This document shows, one piece after another, positions 23,667-37,012 of a stretch of DNA of 64,000 bases. The translations under genes were made by a program, and so were the position numbers. Origin of the DNA: Oopsacas minuta (lineage: Eukaryota > Animalia > Porifera); contig JAKMXF010000306.1 of the NCBI GenBank assembly GCA_024704765.1, positions 402,395 to 466,394 on the forward strand, in the 5' to 3' direction. Numbering within the stretch: position 1 is the stretch's first letter; each line of letters starts with the position of its first letter. The notes beneath the pieces were generated by a model. The model did no database searches. It saw only the letters and a list, made by a program, of their open reading frames with translations, and was not told where the DNA came from.

Positions 23667-24336
23667 GAGTAAAATGCTCTGACTAAGATAGATGAAAGTT
23701 ATTTTAGGATTCGTAAATATGTTTCATCATGAGCAGACCTGGGGCTGATTATGATTGCAATCGTAATCAATTGTAATCAATTACAACTTTTCCTGTAATC
23801 ATAATCATAATCATAATCACTCATCAGTAATCATCCCAGGTTTGCCCGTGGAGCGTATCTTTTCAATAGCTGGGAGGATTTTTCGCCCGGACAGATGTCG
23901 TTTATCTGACGACTTATTCGAAAAGTTAATGTTTATAAGATGTAACTCTAATTCTTCATGTATCATTCGTGAATTATGCAATATTATCTTATTTATTCAA
24001 ATTCTACTAGTTTGATATATACGTATATTTTTATCTCAGACTAAGCGCCTCGCCTTTTTGTGCACATGAAACTCCGGGGCTTATTTGGGAAAGACTAATT
24101 GGATCGTAAAGGAAAGCGAATTTGTAATCACGTAATCATAATCACGTAATCATAATCATGTAATCATAATCGATTGTAATCAATTGCAATTCCTCCTGTA
24201 ATCATAATCATAATCATAATCACTCACCAGTAATCAACCCCAGGTCTGATCATGAGCAGTAATATACTGCTCATGATGAACCATATATACGAATCCTAAA
24301 ATAACTTTCATCTATCTTAGTCAGAGCATTTTACCC
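23667..24336. mobile_element. Palindromic TA-flanked MITE (~150 bp before insertion), interrupted by a hAT MITE
   Basis: Arm G(A/G)GTAAAATGCTCTGACTAAGATAGATGAAAGTTATTTTAGGATTCGTA..TCATCATGAGCAG and its inverse (24258-24336); TA outside both ends. Confidence 0.85.
23734..24248 (+). mobile_element. Non-autonomous hAT element with (TAATCA)n subterminal blocks
   Basis: 18-bp TIR CAGACCTGGGG(C/T)TGATTA; perfect 8-bp TSD ATCATGAG. Retains hAT dimerisation tail PVERIFSIAGRIFRPDRCRLSDDLFEKLMFIRCN from 23845. Confidence 0.93.
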
Positions 24337-26768
24337 TATCAGGGAAACTATACAAGTTTGACCTTAGAAATTCATAGTTGATACATTGAAATTCCTATAT
24401 TATTATCGAATCTTTATTTCGAGAACAATTTATGAGTATTATTTAACTCTACTTAGAATTGTATATTGATATCTGAGTACTTTATTTATTTTTCAAACCG
24501 TTAAACTACTTTAAAATTTGATTTAAAATAATAATTAAAATTGACCAATCAAATAAGTAGCGAAATGTCTGTAGCGAAATGTCGTGTAACGAAATGTCGT
24601 GTAACGAAATGTCGGACTTCCCAGAAATATTAGTGCGATTGAAGCACACAAACCTGATTGAACCATTTAGCGAGGGAAATCATTGAGTTAGTTGGGGATT
24701 TCTACTATATTACAAGGAATATACACCCATGATTATTAAAATCGATTAATCACAAATTAAAAAGAGCCTACAATAAAATTATCTGAGAGAAACATCAAGT
24801 ATGCAAAGCAATATATTATCCACCTAGAGAGCGTCATACATGGGAAATTATGCGATTCGAAGAGTATAATTATATAGAGTAAAAAGTGAAACAAGAGAGC
24901 ACAAAATTGAAAAGTAGAAAATAATATATATAGTGACGCTAAATGATATAGAAAAAGCTAATAATTCACCACTTCAAACATAAATATAGTCTAGGTAAAC
25001 AATTTGTATAACAGGATAACCTTTGTTTGTGTCCCAATATGGTTGGCATGTAATTCAGTACTTTCGGGACCTGTCAGACAAGACCACAATTGTTTTGAAT
25101 CATCGTGGTAAACTAATCCGGTATGTAAACAATTGGTCAGGGATTAGAAAATTATATATAATTATGTAATCCATGACTAATCATTTTTTCTTCCCCAGGA
25201 ACCCGCGAACTAAAACACATTCTAATGGAAACAGCAAATAGGAATTCCAGAAGCTCAAATTTACAAATACAAACCCAACCATCAAAGTATCAAAATTTTC
25301 ATCCATTATGTCAAACTCCGCAATTATCGAGCCCCCTTGAGCTTCGATATAACAGAAGTTGACCAAAATTTCTGCGTTAAACTCCGCAAAGAATTAAACT
25401 GATATAATTAAGAAAGTATTCACAATTAGATTCGAACAAATACATAATGTCAGAGATGGGATTCCTATTAAGGAAATTTAAATAATTCATGAGATGATAT
25501 TAAGAGCAAAAATATTGTTAAATATTTGTTCTATTTGTTGTTGTTAGATGTATATTCATCAGTAAAACCAATAAGTATTTAACAAGCTAAAAATCTCAAA
25601 ATCTATAAGTGATGTAAAATCTGACTCCAGATTTAACTATTATAGAGTTAATATACCAATGGCGCAAGTTTTCAGGAAATTTCTAGATGTTTGTCAAGAT
25701 CGTGAATCTTCGGCAGTAATCCGTTAAACCAACGTTGTCCTAAGTAGCATTAGTAAATTTATAGAGCATATTTTCAACTTCTAACCTAAAATGAAATAAT
25801 CAATTTCAGAAGTTACGACTAAATCAGTCGGTACATAATTCCCTCCATAGTACCTAAATTATCGGAATGTAGACCCTAGCAAAAATAGGTTTACAGTAAT
25901 AGATATACGTAAACAGACAAATTAGCATGCAACGGGAAAAAGGCAATGGCCAAAAGTGTAGAATATGTGCAGGTAACTACAATTTCTTGTTGTAATAGAC
26001 CAGAGCAGAATGAATTATGGATAATTATCAGTGTATAGGATAGAGTTCGATGTGTAAAGGAGGTGGCCATCAGGATAAGGTACTGAGAGAATACAATGCA
26101 GTGAAAGCGATTAATGATTGACACGTAAAGAAATATTAAAGTATACTCTATTGGAGGTAGCTGTAACATAAAATTAACAATTTAAATTGTAGCAAACACC
26201 AAGAATGTGGCAGTATAGACAACTTAGCCCCAGTAAAGTACCAAAAATGCTGGAAGCTGGCAGGCTTGAAAATGAAAAGATAGTAACCATAACAATACTT
26301 GTATAATATGATGTCTGAATAGACGGCTTCTTAAGCAACAAATATGTGCATGTAGGTGACCTTCAAACACAAGCGGACGTGAAACTCGTTAGGCTGTGTT
26401 TGGAAAGAAGATTTCAGGAAAAAACTGGTATAAATACAAGAAAAGATATGTTCTTAGTACAGGTATGAATCATATAAGGGTATATTATAACACATTAGAA
26501 GAACAATGTTTATACATTTGGTATGAAATTACAGGATATGGGTGTTCAAATAATCGGTGGTAACAGAAAGATAATAGCAAGCACAAGTTTTGTAGTGTAT
26601 AACATTAAATTAGTAAATTCTCTAAAGAATCGGAGGGCGAAAGGAGGGAACGAAATCAACTACATAGAGATAGAGTACACTTTTTAAAAACTGGAAGAAA
26701 AAGAGGAACAAAATGTCAAATTCGAACAAAAGAATAGATATAAACTTCATTCAGAATTTAGAACTCAC

Positions 26769-27014
26769 GAGTAATTTAACGATAGACAAAAATCCTCTTT
26801 GACAAGCAATATGAAGAGGCGTACAGCCTTTCTTATCACGAAGAGAAGTATCAATATCTTTGATACTAATGAGAGATTTGACAATAATACTGTTACCTCT
26901 GAAACAAGCTATATGAAGAACTGTTTGGCCAAGTTCATTTTGTGCGTTAACTTGAGATGATTTAGACTCCAATAGGATTTTAGTAAATATATCAAGCTGA
27001 TCACTCCGTAAAGC
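26769..27014 (-). CDS. Shark: Shark/HTK16-like kinase gene, ankyrin-repeat exon (82 codons, phase 0/0)
   Basis: Acceptor TTTTATAG|GCT and donor CTC|GTGAGT. Encodes ALRSDQLDIFTKILLESKSSQVNAQNELGQTVLHIACFRG..DKKGCTPLHIACQRGFLSIVKLL (canonical TxLHxAC ankyrin motifs). Confidence 0.85.
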
Positions 27015-28169
27015 CTATAAAATCAGTATATATGAAACTATACAAGTATATTTAAAATATTAGATAAAGGAGGCCTTCGTACACTGGGTCAGAATTAACT
27101 TAAAAAGAAACAGGTAAGTTTCTGAGTGCTCACGATTGCTTCACAACGAGATAATTTCCGCAAAATGCGCCTTGAATTAAATAAAATTGGAAATTTAGGG
27201 AAATCATTAAGATGGAAAGCAACAATTATTGGGAATAAGAATGGATTATGAAACAAGAGCTGATATCTGCCATTGATTTGTTAATCTAGGCACTCATTAA
27301 ATAAGTAACAAATTCTCAAAGTTTCCAATTCGTATAGAGTAATGAAGAGGATAAAACATAAAAGGACGATGACAATGCATTGGGAGATTATTTCGACATC
27401 AAGAAATTATGTATATCGAGGGGAACATATGATTCAATTTTAAACAATCAAACATATACTACGAGCGTTGGAAAAGTTCTTGATATATAGTAGCTATATA
27501 TTAAAAATGAACCCTTTTACGATTGTGTATCTATATCCACCTGAATTAGAAGGCAACTATTGTTTGTTTTCTAGATTTAGCCATTTCAATATGATATATT
27601 TTTACTATTTTCAAAAAGAAAAAGATTCAAATTGAAATAAAGCATTAGCGACTATATCAAAATTGGAACTGAACTTAATTTCGCAGGCAAAAAGACATTC
27701 TAAGTAGTTGAAATATATTTTTCAACTCAACCATCCATCTAACAACTGCTTCCCCTCACGATTTCGAGAGGGCAGTAGTTGTTAGAAGATGATTACCTGA
27801 GAGGACGTCATAAAACCTCCGTTACTACCAGAATTAGGCTAGAAATTGCATGGACGGTGGAAGAAACCCATATCACAGTGAGGAGTTAGGCATACGTGCG
27901 GATATTTTAACGGCAGCTGCTGACGCCATTATCGTCTATGAACTAAAAGTTTCGCTGACGCTATTATCGTCAAAGACAATATGCTCCAGGTGGATCCCAT
28001 ATCCCTCACAGATTCACAAAAGGGCAGTCGCGTTACCAGCGAATATTCTTAGAGTACGTTTTCGAATATGCTAGAAAAAAAACGCCATTTCTTTGATTGA
28101 CGGGAATATGTTAACAAAATGCCTACAACAAGCTAATTAAAATATCATAATTCAAGAATACAAAATAAA

Positions 28170-28258
28170 AAAATAATTTCGAGAACATGTGAAATAATAG
28201 CTTGTAATTCTGTATAGTTACAAAAATATAGGGTTGGGTCGGGAACACTTTGAATGCC
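28170..28258 (+). repeat. Mariner 3'-end fragment related to 19900-19982
   Basis: TGTATAGTTACAAAAATATAGGGTTGGGTCGGGAAC versus TGTATAGTTACAAAAATATGGGTAGGATCGGAAAC. Confidence 0.6.
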
Positions 28259-30952
28259 AGATGAATTAAGCTAAGAAGTGTAAATAATAAGATTTGGTCG
28301 CATAAGCATAAATTGGTGAAAGTCCTTTTGAGGGCTCTTCTAGTTGTTCCCGATCAATTCAGAAATTGAATGAATAACCTTGAAAACGTCAGTTCTATGG
28401 TAAGTGTGAATTCACCGGAACATTTGCGTAGTGCTGTTACGGGTTAACCAGACCACCTGAATATTCGTTCCTCCGAACTGATTAAGATTCTCACATATTC
28501 GCGCCCACCCTGAAAATGGAACTCAATCCAATTCCAATCCCTATCATTCTTCCAGAAATTAGTTTTGAATTTTAAGTATACATTGCAAAATAAATATCTA
28601 GGGGTCCGAATGAAAGCGGAAATGGTGGAAACCCTACAAATATTCCGCCAGGATCCTCCATAAGTCATTTCTATGGAAATTCAAAAATTCTGACATTTCA
28701 CAACTTTCTACCATTCAGTCAAAGGCGTCAAATAACTTAGTCATAATGGTGGGTATTTCAAATGTCGCAAAGGACTTTACAAAATCAATATAGAATAATA
28801 TCCATGCATCATTCCTATCCCCAATTAATGTAAATAAGAACTGTTCATCTTGCCTTTTTGATTTTTGATTTTTAGTGCAACGCGCCTTTTAACTACATAG
28901 TTTTTTGGTCGGTTGGCAATATATTAAAATATACAAAAAGTTATTTAAGATGTGGTTCTTCGCTTGTATAATATTGAATTTACATATCGTTCTCAATACA
29001 CATATAAGTGGAAGAAAAAAGAATTTGCGTTCCATTGGGTTGAAGACAGATACGGCTTACACTAAAATGTAGGCAAAGAGAACTGAAAATATTTTGAAGC
29101 GTGAAGACAGAGCTATACAAATAATTTAGCGGATGTATAAATAAGGAAAATCTGAGGTACCAAGACCGTTAGTGTATGGTCCACTTCACGCAGCGACATA
29201 ATAACCTTAGCCGTGTTATCATATAATCTGAAAAGGAAGTAGTATACAACCGAACGTCTGAGATCATGGCAGTCTCGTCAGGAGGGTGCCCGGATCTCAG
29301 AACTAAATACACTCAATGGTAGACCAAATCTATAAACATTTAAAATATCGAGATGCATTAGAATTCCCTAGAATCTTGCTGTTTGTGGTTACTAGGAAAC
29401 GTGTTAGACATGATATTCAACTGAAGATTAGGTAAAATAAAAGTTAATAATCAAATGAATTCCAAAGATTTGGAAATAGTGCCTGGAATAGAGAGGAGCT
29501 CGAAGCTTGGAGTTCCAGATCTCGGAGGTTCTACTGTATCATGTTAAGAACACATATAAATATGATAGCTAATAAGTGTAAATATTATTGACTGTTGATC
29601 GGAAAAAATTCCTTCAGGGATTTCCAATCTTCAAAGGAAAAGAATTTGCGTCTTTAAAATGACGCAAGTATATGAAATATTATAATTGTGTGTGTTAGTT
29701 GGGGATTTTCCGGTAATATCAATTGAACATTTCGCTCACATCTCTTTACAGCAAATGTTAAAATCTTGAAAAAATCTTATTCTTCTATTCTATAAACTGA
29801 ATTCAGCAAATATAATTCATAGATTGTTATGAGTTGGTATATTATTGTCACAACACTAAAGCTTTAGACAAAAAGATGTGGAGAATTCAAAGAAATGGTA
29901 ATTGGAAACCTTGACCATCAATGCGAATAATACAATATAATTTGCCCAGATTTTCACTGCTTTAAGAAATTCTGGGACCGCTCCTATTTATGCCGCATTA
30001 TTATATATTGATTAACAGCGACAGTTTTACAATAGCTTAATATAAGTAATATAGAACACATCATCAATCGATTTATATGATATATTACATACTAAACATA
30101 GTGAAACTTAAGAATTTGGAACTAGAGATAGGTTACACTATTTAACAAATAATAATTGATTCCTATATCACAGAAACCGAGCATTTTTACCGAATTTACT
30201 TATTTATGTATTGCATATTATTAGTACAAAAATGTTTGGATATTAGAACAACAAATTACCAACCATTTTACGAGAAAAACCCAAAATTAAACCACAACTT
30301 GTGTCTCATCCTTCGATAATTTGTAGAACATAATATAGTATCATTCATTTCAAAGGGAATCCTTGAAATTATCTAAAATATATCAAAAAAATCATAATAC
30401 AAAAGTTGGAAGGTTCTTGAGTTACCATAGTAGAAATTTCGATAATCGAGAATATTATTCTCAGAATAGAAAAGTTGAATATATACCTTAAAACAAACTT
30501 ACCATACCCTTGTAACACCATTAGATATGATATCTCCCAAGCTATTAGGAATGAAAACCTAACCAACATGTGCATACTCACGAATACATCATATTTGTAA
30601 GAATAATGACTTAATGTGTCCTACCAAACAATATTAAGATAGTACCAATTCCAGGGGATACATTTTTGATTCTACATTGCATTGTAAATAGCAGTCAGTC
30701 AGCTAATTCTCTGATACATTCCAGGGGCAAATCTTTTCATATCTAATCGAACAACTTCTAAATGCAAGATTCGCACATAGCGTAAAATTTCCAGCAATTA
30801 GATGAATCACTTGACCATACTTAAGATATTTTTCAATAGCAACGCAGGAATGTGAGTCCGGAATGTAACAACATTCCATCCTCAAACATTGTCCTAATCC
30901 CATCGATTGATCCCTTATTCCACGCCGCATGGTGAGTTGAGTCTAGATAGAC

Positions 30953-33167
30953 CAGGGGTTCTTAAACTGGGAGAGCGCGCCCCCTAGGGTGGCGTAATGG
31001 TAGTGACGGAGGGGCGTAATACCCCGAGAAAATGCAAAGGCATCAATTATAGAAGAGTAACAGCTTTAGCTAAATTTTGACTTCTTCAAAGCATATGGTT
31101 TTATATTACTTAATGACGAAATCAAAAAGTGCCATTCTAATGAAATACGATATTGTTTAATCCATAACAACTTTTGTTCAATCTCGATAAATAAACAATA
31201 CCAAATTTTAAAAGCAGTATCTGTTTTCCAGTGTCGATATAATATCCTCCTAAACCTATGGCTAGCTGTGCTAAAAAGAGGAAATATTTGGATGGCTACA
31301 TCAAATATGGATGTACTGCCATTAGTAAGAATGGTATCGAAATGCCACAGTGTGTTATTTGTTATAAAACATTGGGAAATGATGTAATGCGCCCGTCACG
31401 TTTGGAGCGACATCTATCTACAGTTCACCCAGGTCTTGTAAAGCCAAAGGACTACTTCGCTGGGAAGTCGATATAATTGAAGCGAGTGAAATTGGACAGA
31501 GATGGAGATTTTTGTGAGGGTTTAAAGAAGGTTATGGAGGCATCTTACGAATTCTCTTTACTAATGGCAAGAGCAAAAAATTGCACAATATAGCTGAAAC
31601 ACTGGTGAAGTCTTGCATTCTTAGTGCAGCAAAGCTAGAACTTGGAGAGGATAGCTAGCAAAAGTTATTTAAAAATTTCGCTATCAGACTCTACTGCTAA
31701 CTTCGAATTGATGAAATGGCAGATGATAATAAACCCAGGTGTTGGAGAAAGTTCGATCTTCGCCATTCTTCGCAATTCATTGTCACGAGACTACAGATGT
31801 GTCTCAGTGCTCTGAATTGCTTGTATATGCACGGTTAATTGTCAATGGAACCCTGGAGGAGATGATATTATGTTGCCCAATGGAGACAACTAATAAAGCA
31901 GATGATGTTCTTGTTGTGGTGTCAAAATTGTTTGAGAAAAACAATCTCTCTTAGGACAGATTAGTTGGTGTTTGCACAGATGGAGCTCCAGCAATGTTGT
32001 GTGCTCGTTCTGGATTTGTTACAAAGATCAAACTGAAGAGTCCTCCAGTTGTTGGAACTCATTGCGTCATTCATCGTGAAGCACTTGCAGTACGGACCCT
32101 TCCAGTCGAGCTTATGAATTAATCAATTATGTGATCAAGATAGTTAACTTCATAAAAGGGACCCTGAATACACGATTATCTGCGAGGCTCTGTCATGACA
32201 TTGGAGTAGAACACGAAGCATTACTGTTTCACACACATGTACGCTAGCTTTCAAAAGGGAATATGCTAGGAAGATTTTATGAATTAAAGGATGAAGGTAA
32301 TGTATTTTTAGAAGACCAGAAAGGTTGACCTCCTTGCTATTTTCGACTCCGAGGAGTTTGAGTTATATTTAGCATACCTCGTTGATATCTTTGAGGTCTT
32401 AAACAACCTCAACCGCCAACTACAAGGCAAGAACAACAATATTGTCTGTCATTACGACGCCATTCGAGTTTCTATTGCCAAGTTACACTTATGGAAACAT
32501 TAATCTCGGATCGAAATACAGGGCCATTTTCACACTTTGATGAGGCTCTCAAAGAGAAACTCCTTCATGATAATTTTCAACAATTAATTCAGACTCATCT
32601 TTAACTACTTAAAGATGAATTCTGTCGCTATTTTCCGGATATTGAAGAAGAGAGTTCAGAATGGAAGCTCATCCGGAATCATTTCTCACTGATGTTGAAG
32701 ATGTCCCTATGGACATTCAGGAAGAGTTTTTAAATATGAAGTGCGACTCTCCTGCAAAGAATGATTTCAACAGACTCTCTTAGAGGAGTTCTGGCGCAAA
32801 TATTTAGAAATATATCATAATGTCAGTTTACTAGCCTTGTGTGTGATCGTTAGGTTTTCTTCTACATATCTCTGTGAAGCTGCATATTCCACACTAGTGT
32901 ACATAAAGAATAGGTACCGCAACAGGATGGACGTAGAAAATGACATACGTTGTGCTCTCTCTGAGACACCCCCGAAGATTAAAAGACTTGTAGAAAAAGA
33001 ACAGTTACATCCTTCACATTGATGGAGCTGTTTTACTATATTGAGATTCTTAACTATATTAGAAATTGTTGTGTTTTTCCAATTTGTTAGTCAGAAGAAG
33101 CGTGGGGGCGTGATAATTCACAGATTGGCTAAGGGGGGGATGGGGTCAAAAAGTTTAAGAACACCTG
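30953..33167 (+). mobile_element. Buster-type hAT element, transposase pseudogene 31258-33022
   Basis: TIR CAGG(G/T)GTTCTTAAACT; TSD AGATAGAC/AGTTAGAC with central TA. Motifs CVICYKTL..RPSRLERHL, ETTDVSQC, CTDGAPAM, HCVIHREALA and FSSTYLCEAAYS; many stops and frameshifts. Confidence 0.93.
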
Positions 33168-34149
33168 AGTTAGACACATGTCGGCAGTCTAAATTATATT
33201 TAATAGCATTTTCCTCTATCGACCTCTCTGGTCCCAAGAAATGTGCGAAAAATCGGTTTAATAGCGTGTAATATGTGAAAATTTCATTTATAAAAATTTC
33301 AAAAAGTTAGCCGCTGGGGATGTATCGGAGAATTAGCTGATTACCGCTATTGAAAATGCAATATGGAATCGAAATGTATCCGTCTAGATTGGTCCCCAAC
33401 CTAATAATGTTCATGAGCCTCGAAAGTAGAAGAGTGCCATTTTCGCTTTCTGTTTTCATCATTTTACAGAAAAGCCACCTGACTAGAAAGGAATTTGGAC
33501 CTTCAACAAAGCCATCGCCGTCAATGTTATGGTAACCAAATTAAATATTCTATACAATGAATTATGAGTAATTAAGGGTTAGTTATTTTTCAAACGTCAT
33601 AGTTCTGGGATAATTTTAGAGTTGGTTTCAGTTCCAGTTTCAACTAACAGTTAAAAATTCAAACTAAGTTTATAGTAATTTTGAATTCGCCTTATATAAA
33701 GACATAAGTTTTGCAATTTACAAAGCTGTGTTTACAAGATACTTTTCGAGTAATTCGAGTTTAACAACGGTAGAAATTTGAATATTTTGAAAATTCTTGA
33801 CCAAACAGCAAAATAATCAAATTGTGACATCATAAGCCAGAAACCACACTAGCAATTGTTCCGAATTTTAGAGAAAGAAAGACATGTTAGTAGCTTGCTC
33901 TACAGCAATTTGAGACAAATTAGTTGATGGTGAATGCCTGGCTGACTGTACATGAATTCCCTATTATCAAATTAGAAATTTTGTAAGGAATTATATACAG
34001 ATCAATTTATATATTAACTAGAGATGAAAATTACAAGGAATCAAATAAGGCATATTGTAAAGAATAAATGCAAATTAGAGACATATTTTGGCAAAACCCT
34101 GAAATGTTTCAATATGTTATGTTTGATAATTATCTGATATACGAATATA

Positions 34150-35497
34150 CAGTCTGTCCAAGAATTATTGCAACACCAAGCCATTTATAGTCAAACCACA
34201 ATTTACTGAATACGCAACTAGCTATATATTCGAAACTTTCGAATTACAAAAACTTATACGTTACATCTCTATTCCGTTTAAATTTCTTTAAATTACATTA
34301 TTATTGTTCTCAGTCACTTAATACATAATTATGGCGTCACTGTTTTAATAGAATTCATTCGTAATCAGCGTTTTTCCCTTAACTATTTAGTATAGATTAT
34401 TTCAATGGCTCAAGAGTCATACAGAATAAAGATTGAGACTCTGTTGAATGGAGGTAAACATACACCGACTGAAATTTCACGACTTTTGAAAGAGAATCGG
34501 ACTATAGGGTGAAAAAACGACTTGATACCGGTGTTTCCATTAAACACAAACAAGGAGGTGGGAGACCTGGTAAAATATGCAAGATCATCAAATATTCTGC
34601 TGCACAGATAATTAAATCAGATCCAGAGATAAGTTTACGCAAGCTGGCTAATAAATTAACAGAGAAAAAGAAGAAGAAAGTTTGTAAGAGTACTGTTCAT
34701 TGGACACTGCGTGGTCTAAAGTATTCTAAGCCTTGTCACACACAAATTCCGTTGTTATCTAAAAAAATCGGTTGTTTAGGATTGAGTGGGCGCGTAAAAA
34801 CATGAATAAATCATGGTGCCGGACTGTTTTTTCGGATGAAGCATCTTTTTGGTTGAATAGGGAGAGAGTCAGAATGTGGACAAAATCGGGAAAAAACGGT
34901 TCCAAAAAACAACGAAGCATTCGTCAAAATTACACATTTAGGCGGCATTATTCGTCTTTTGAGACGTTTCCTATCTGTATTTTTCGACAGAACTTGGACG
35001 CGAAGCTGTTGGTTAATATTTTAAAATGGCATCTAATCGACCAAGCAGAGATATTTCATAGAAACCGCTGGTTTCTTGTTCAAGTCAATGATCCTAAGCA
35101 CATATCAAAGTTAGTCAAAGGATGGATGTCTGAGAATATGCCGAAAATTGTGCTTGAATGGCCAAGTCAATCACCAGATCTTAACCCTATCGAAAATGTG
35201 TTTGCAATCTTGAAGGGTCATGATAGCAAACATCATCCTAAGAACTTAGCAGAGCTGGAAACTTCTATTTTGGGAGTTTGGGATTCACTGTCACCGGAAT
35301 TCCTAAGATCTTATTGGAAATCAATGAAGCGTAGGTGTCAGATGGTGATTGACAATAACGGAAATAAGATTAATTACTAATTTGAGTATACTGTAAACAA
35401 ATTGATATCACCTTAAACAATATAATACATAAAATTCAGATGTTTTTATAAAATAACATTTACTTTAACAGTGTTGCAATAATTCTTGGACAAACTG
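34150..35497 (+). mobile_element. Tc1-family element, frameshifted transposase 34405-35380
   Basis: 27-bp TIR CAGT(C/T)TGTCCAAGAATTATTGCAACAC; flanks TA/CA. Motifs VFSDEASF, QVNDPKH and WPSQSPDLNPIENVF. Confidence 0.95.
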
Positions 35498-37012
35498 CAC
35501 TAACATTCACAACCAAAAAATCAGATAATCGTTCTCTAACTGACACTCATCTTCAGGACTGTAGTTACCATTAAATCACCTGAATATGTATCAGAAACGT
35601 TCTGCTAACTGCTACTAAGGGTATTAAATATAACGAAATATAGTGATATTCAGTCTCATACCATAACACAGGACTAAATGGCTCAAATTCAAAGGATAGA
35701 GTCTAAGAAATCTGGTATATTAGTATACAAGCTTGAACAAAGATAGCACCACAATAGATTAACCAAATATTTCGCATGCTCAAATATCCCAAGACGCACT
35801 ATGATTACGATAGCCCATTCGCACACGTTTTACCTACCTAGGAAGAACATATGCATAAACAAAAATCCGTATCCGTAATATCTAATTAACTTTCTCGTTC
35901 CTGAAGAAGATGAATGATAAATTCAAAATCAGCACCACTCACTTTGCTAGGAAAGCATGCAATGGATAGCAATTCATTTGAATACTGATATAGCTTCTTT
36001 GATATATATATAACAGATGTATTATTATAGAATACAGTAAGTAATAAATTTGATTGACGACAAAAATAGAAATACATAGTATCTCATCTAAAACATTACA
36101 TTGCTCATTGAATTCGCATTGAGGAATTAGCTCTACTTAGTATGGATTTCGAGCAGAGCAAATATGCAATATTCAATCTTGAATCATTAAATATATCAAG
36201 AATTTATGGACCAACCGCACAATAGGGGGTTTTTGATTTTTCAATGGTATTTACCTATAGAAGATAAACAATTCAGCCAAAAATTTTCGCCAAAAATTGC
36301 AGGTCGAAGCACAAGCCACAACAATTGTTGGGCCAATATTTTAGTCCATGCAAAGGAATATGCTTGTTTCTGATCCAGAACGTCCTCAAATTTTTGTCCT
36401 CCGTCCATAAAACTAGTATTTGGATAATGAACCAAATTTAAGAATAATATAAATCTTTGATCTTAGGATAAATCTTTCATGATAACTAGTCCGATGAGAG
36501 TTGTATCACAATCGGGTTCAGAATCTGTTTGACTAGAAATGAAACTGCGTATGAAAGGGAATTCCCAACAGATGATGTAATGCCTTATCATGTTAAAGAA
36601 AGTATTCTATAGTTTGAAGCTGCAAAATTCAAAATGAGGACCTAGGTGAGGATATCAACAATAAAATGGATAGAATTGTACATATTTTAGAATTGATGGT
36701 TTCAAACCAGAATTGGTTGATTTCCCGAATTAATGTAGCTACTCTGGACTGGAAAATATTCCGCTACCTCCTATATAGTAACCCAGTCTTTTGCAACAAG
36801 GATACACTTAACCAAAGTATTTTATCACACTTTCTCCATCTCTCCAGCAGCAGGATAATGATCTGCATCAATAAAGTTGCAGTATATGATTGTGTTTGTT
36901 TCCAATAAGACCATAATACCATTAAAAAATAATGCCAACGGTGGTTAGAATTTCGTATTTTATCGAAAATGGTAATAAAGTTAAGTACATTTCATAGTCT
37001 ACTAGAACTATA

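Larger units (their letters stand above)
20815..24621 (+). mobile_element. Mutator-like element (FLYWCH + MULE), rearranged, carrying cargo
   Basis: Perfect 9-bp TSD CAGAAATAT (20806-20814 / 24622-24630). TIRs >100 bp built from tandem GACATTTCG(C/T)TACA-like units followed by CTACTTATTTGATTGGTCAATTTTAATTATTATTT. Confidence 0.93.

Noticed and set aside
23790-24225. (TAATCA)n as an interstitial telomere-like repeat
   Set aside because: It does not match TTAGGG-type repeats and is explained as hAT subterminal repeats.
25891-26620. Hydrophobic minus-strand ORFs as the next Shark exon or a membrane gene
   Set aside because: No ankyrin, SH2 or kinase motif; frames are interrupted by stops.
27738-27786. 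Hairpin TCTAACAACT...AGTTGTTAGA
   Set aside because: Only 10 bp is perfect; single occurrence; no element context.
27919-27971. 18-bp direct repeat GCTGACGC(C/T)ATTATCGTC with a 17-bp spacer, CRISPR-like
   Set aside because: Only two units, a short spacer, eukaryotic context and no cas genes.
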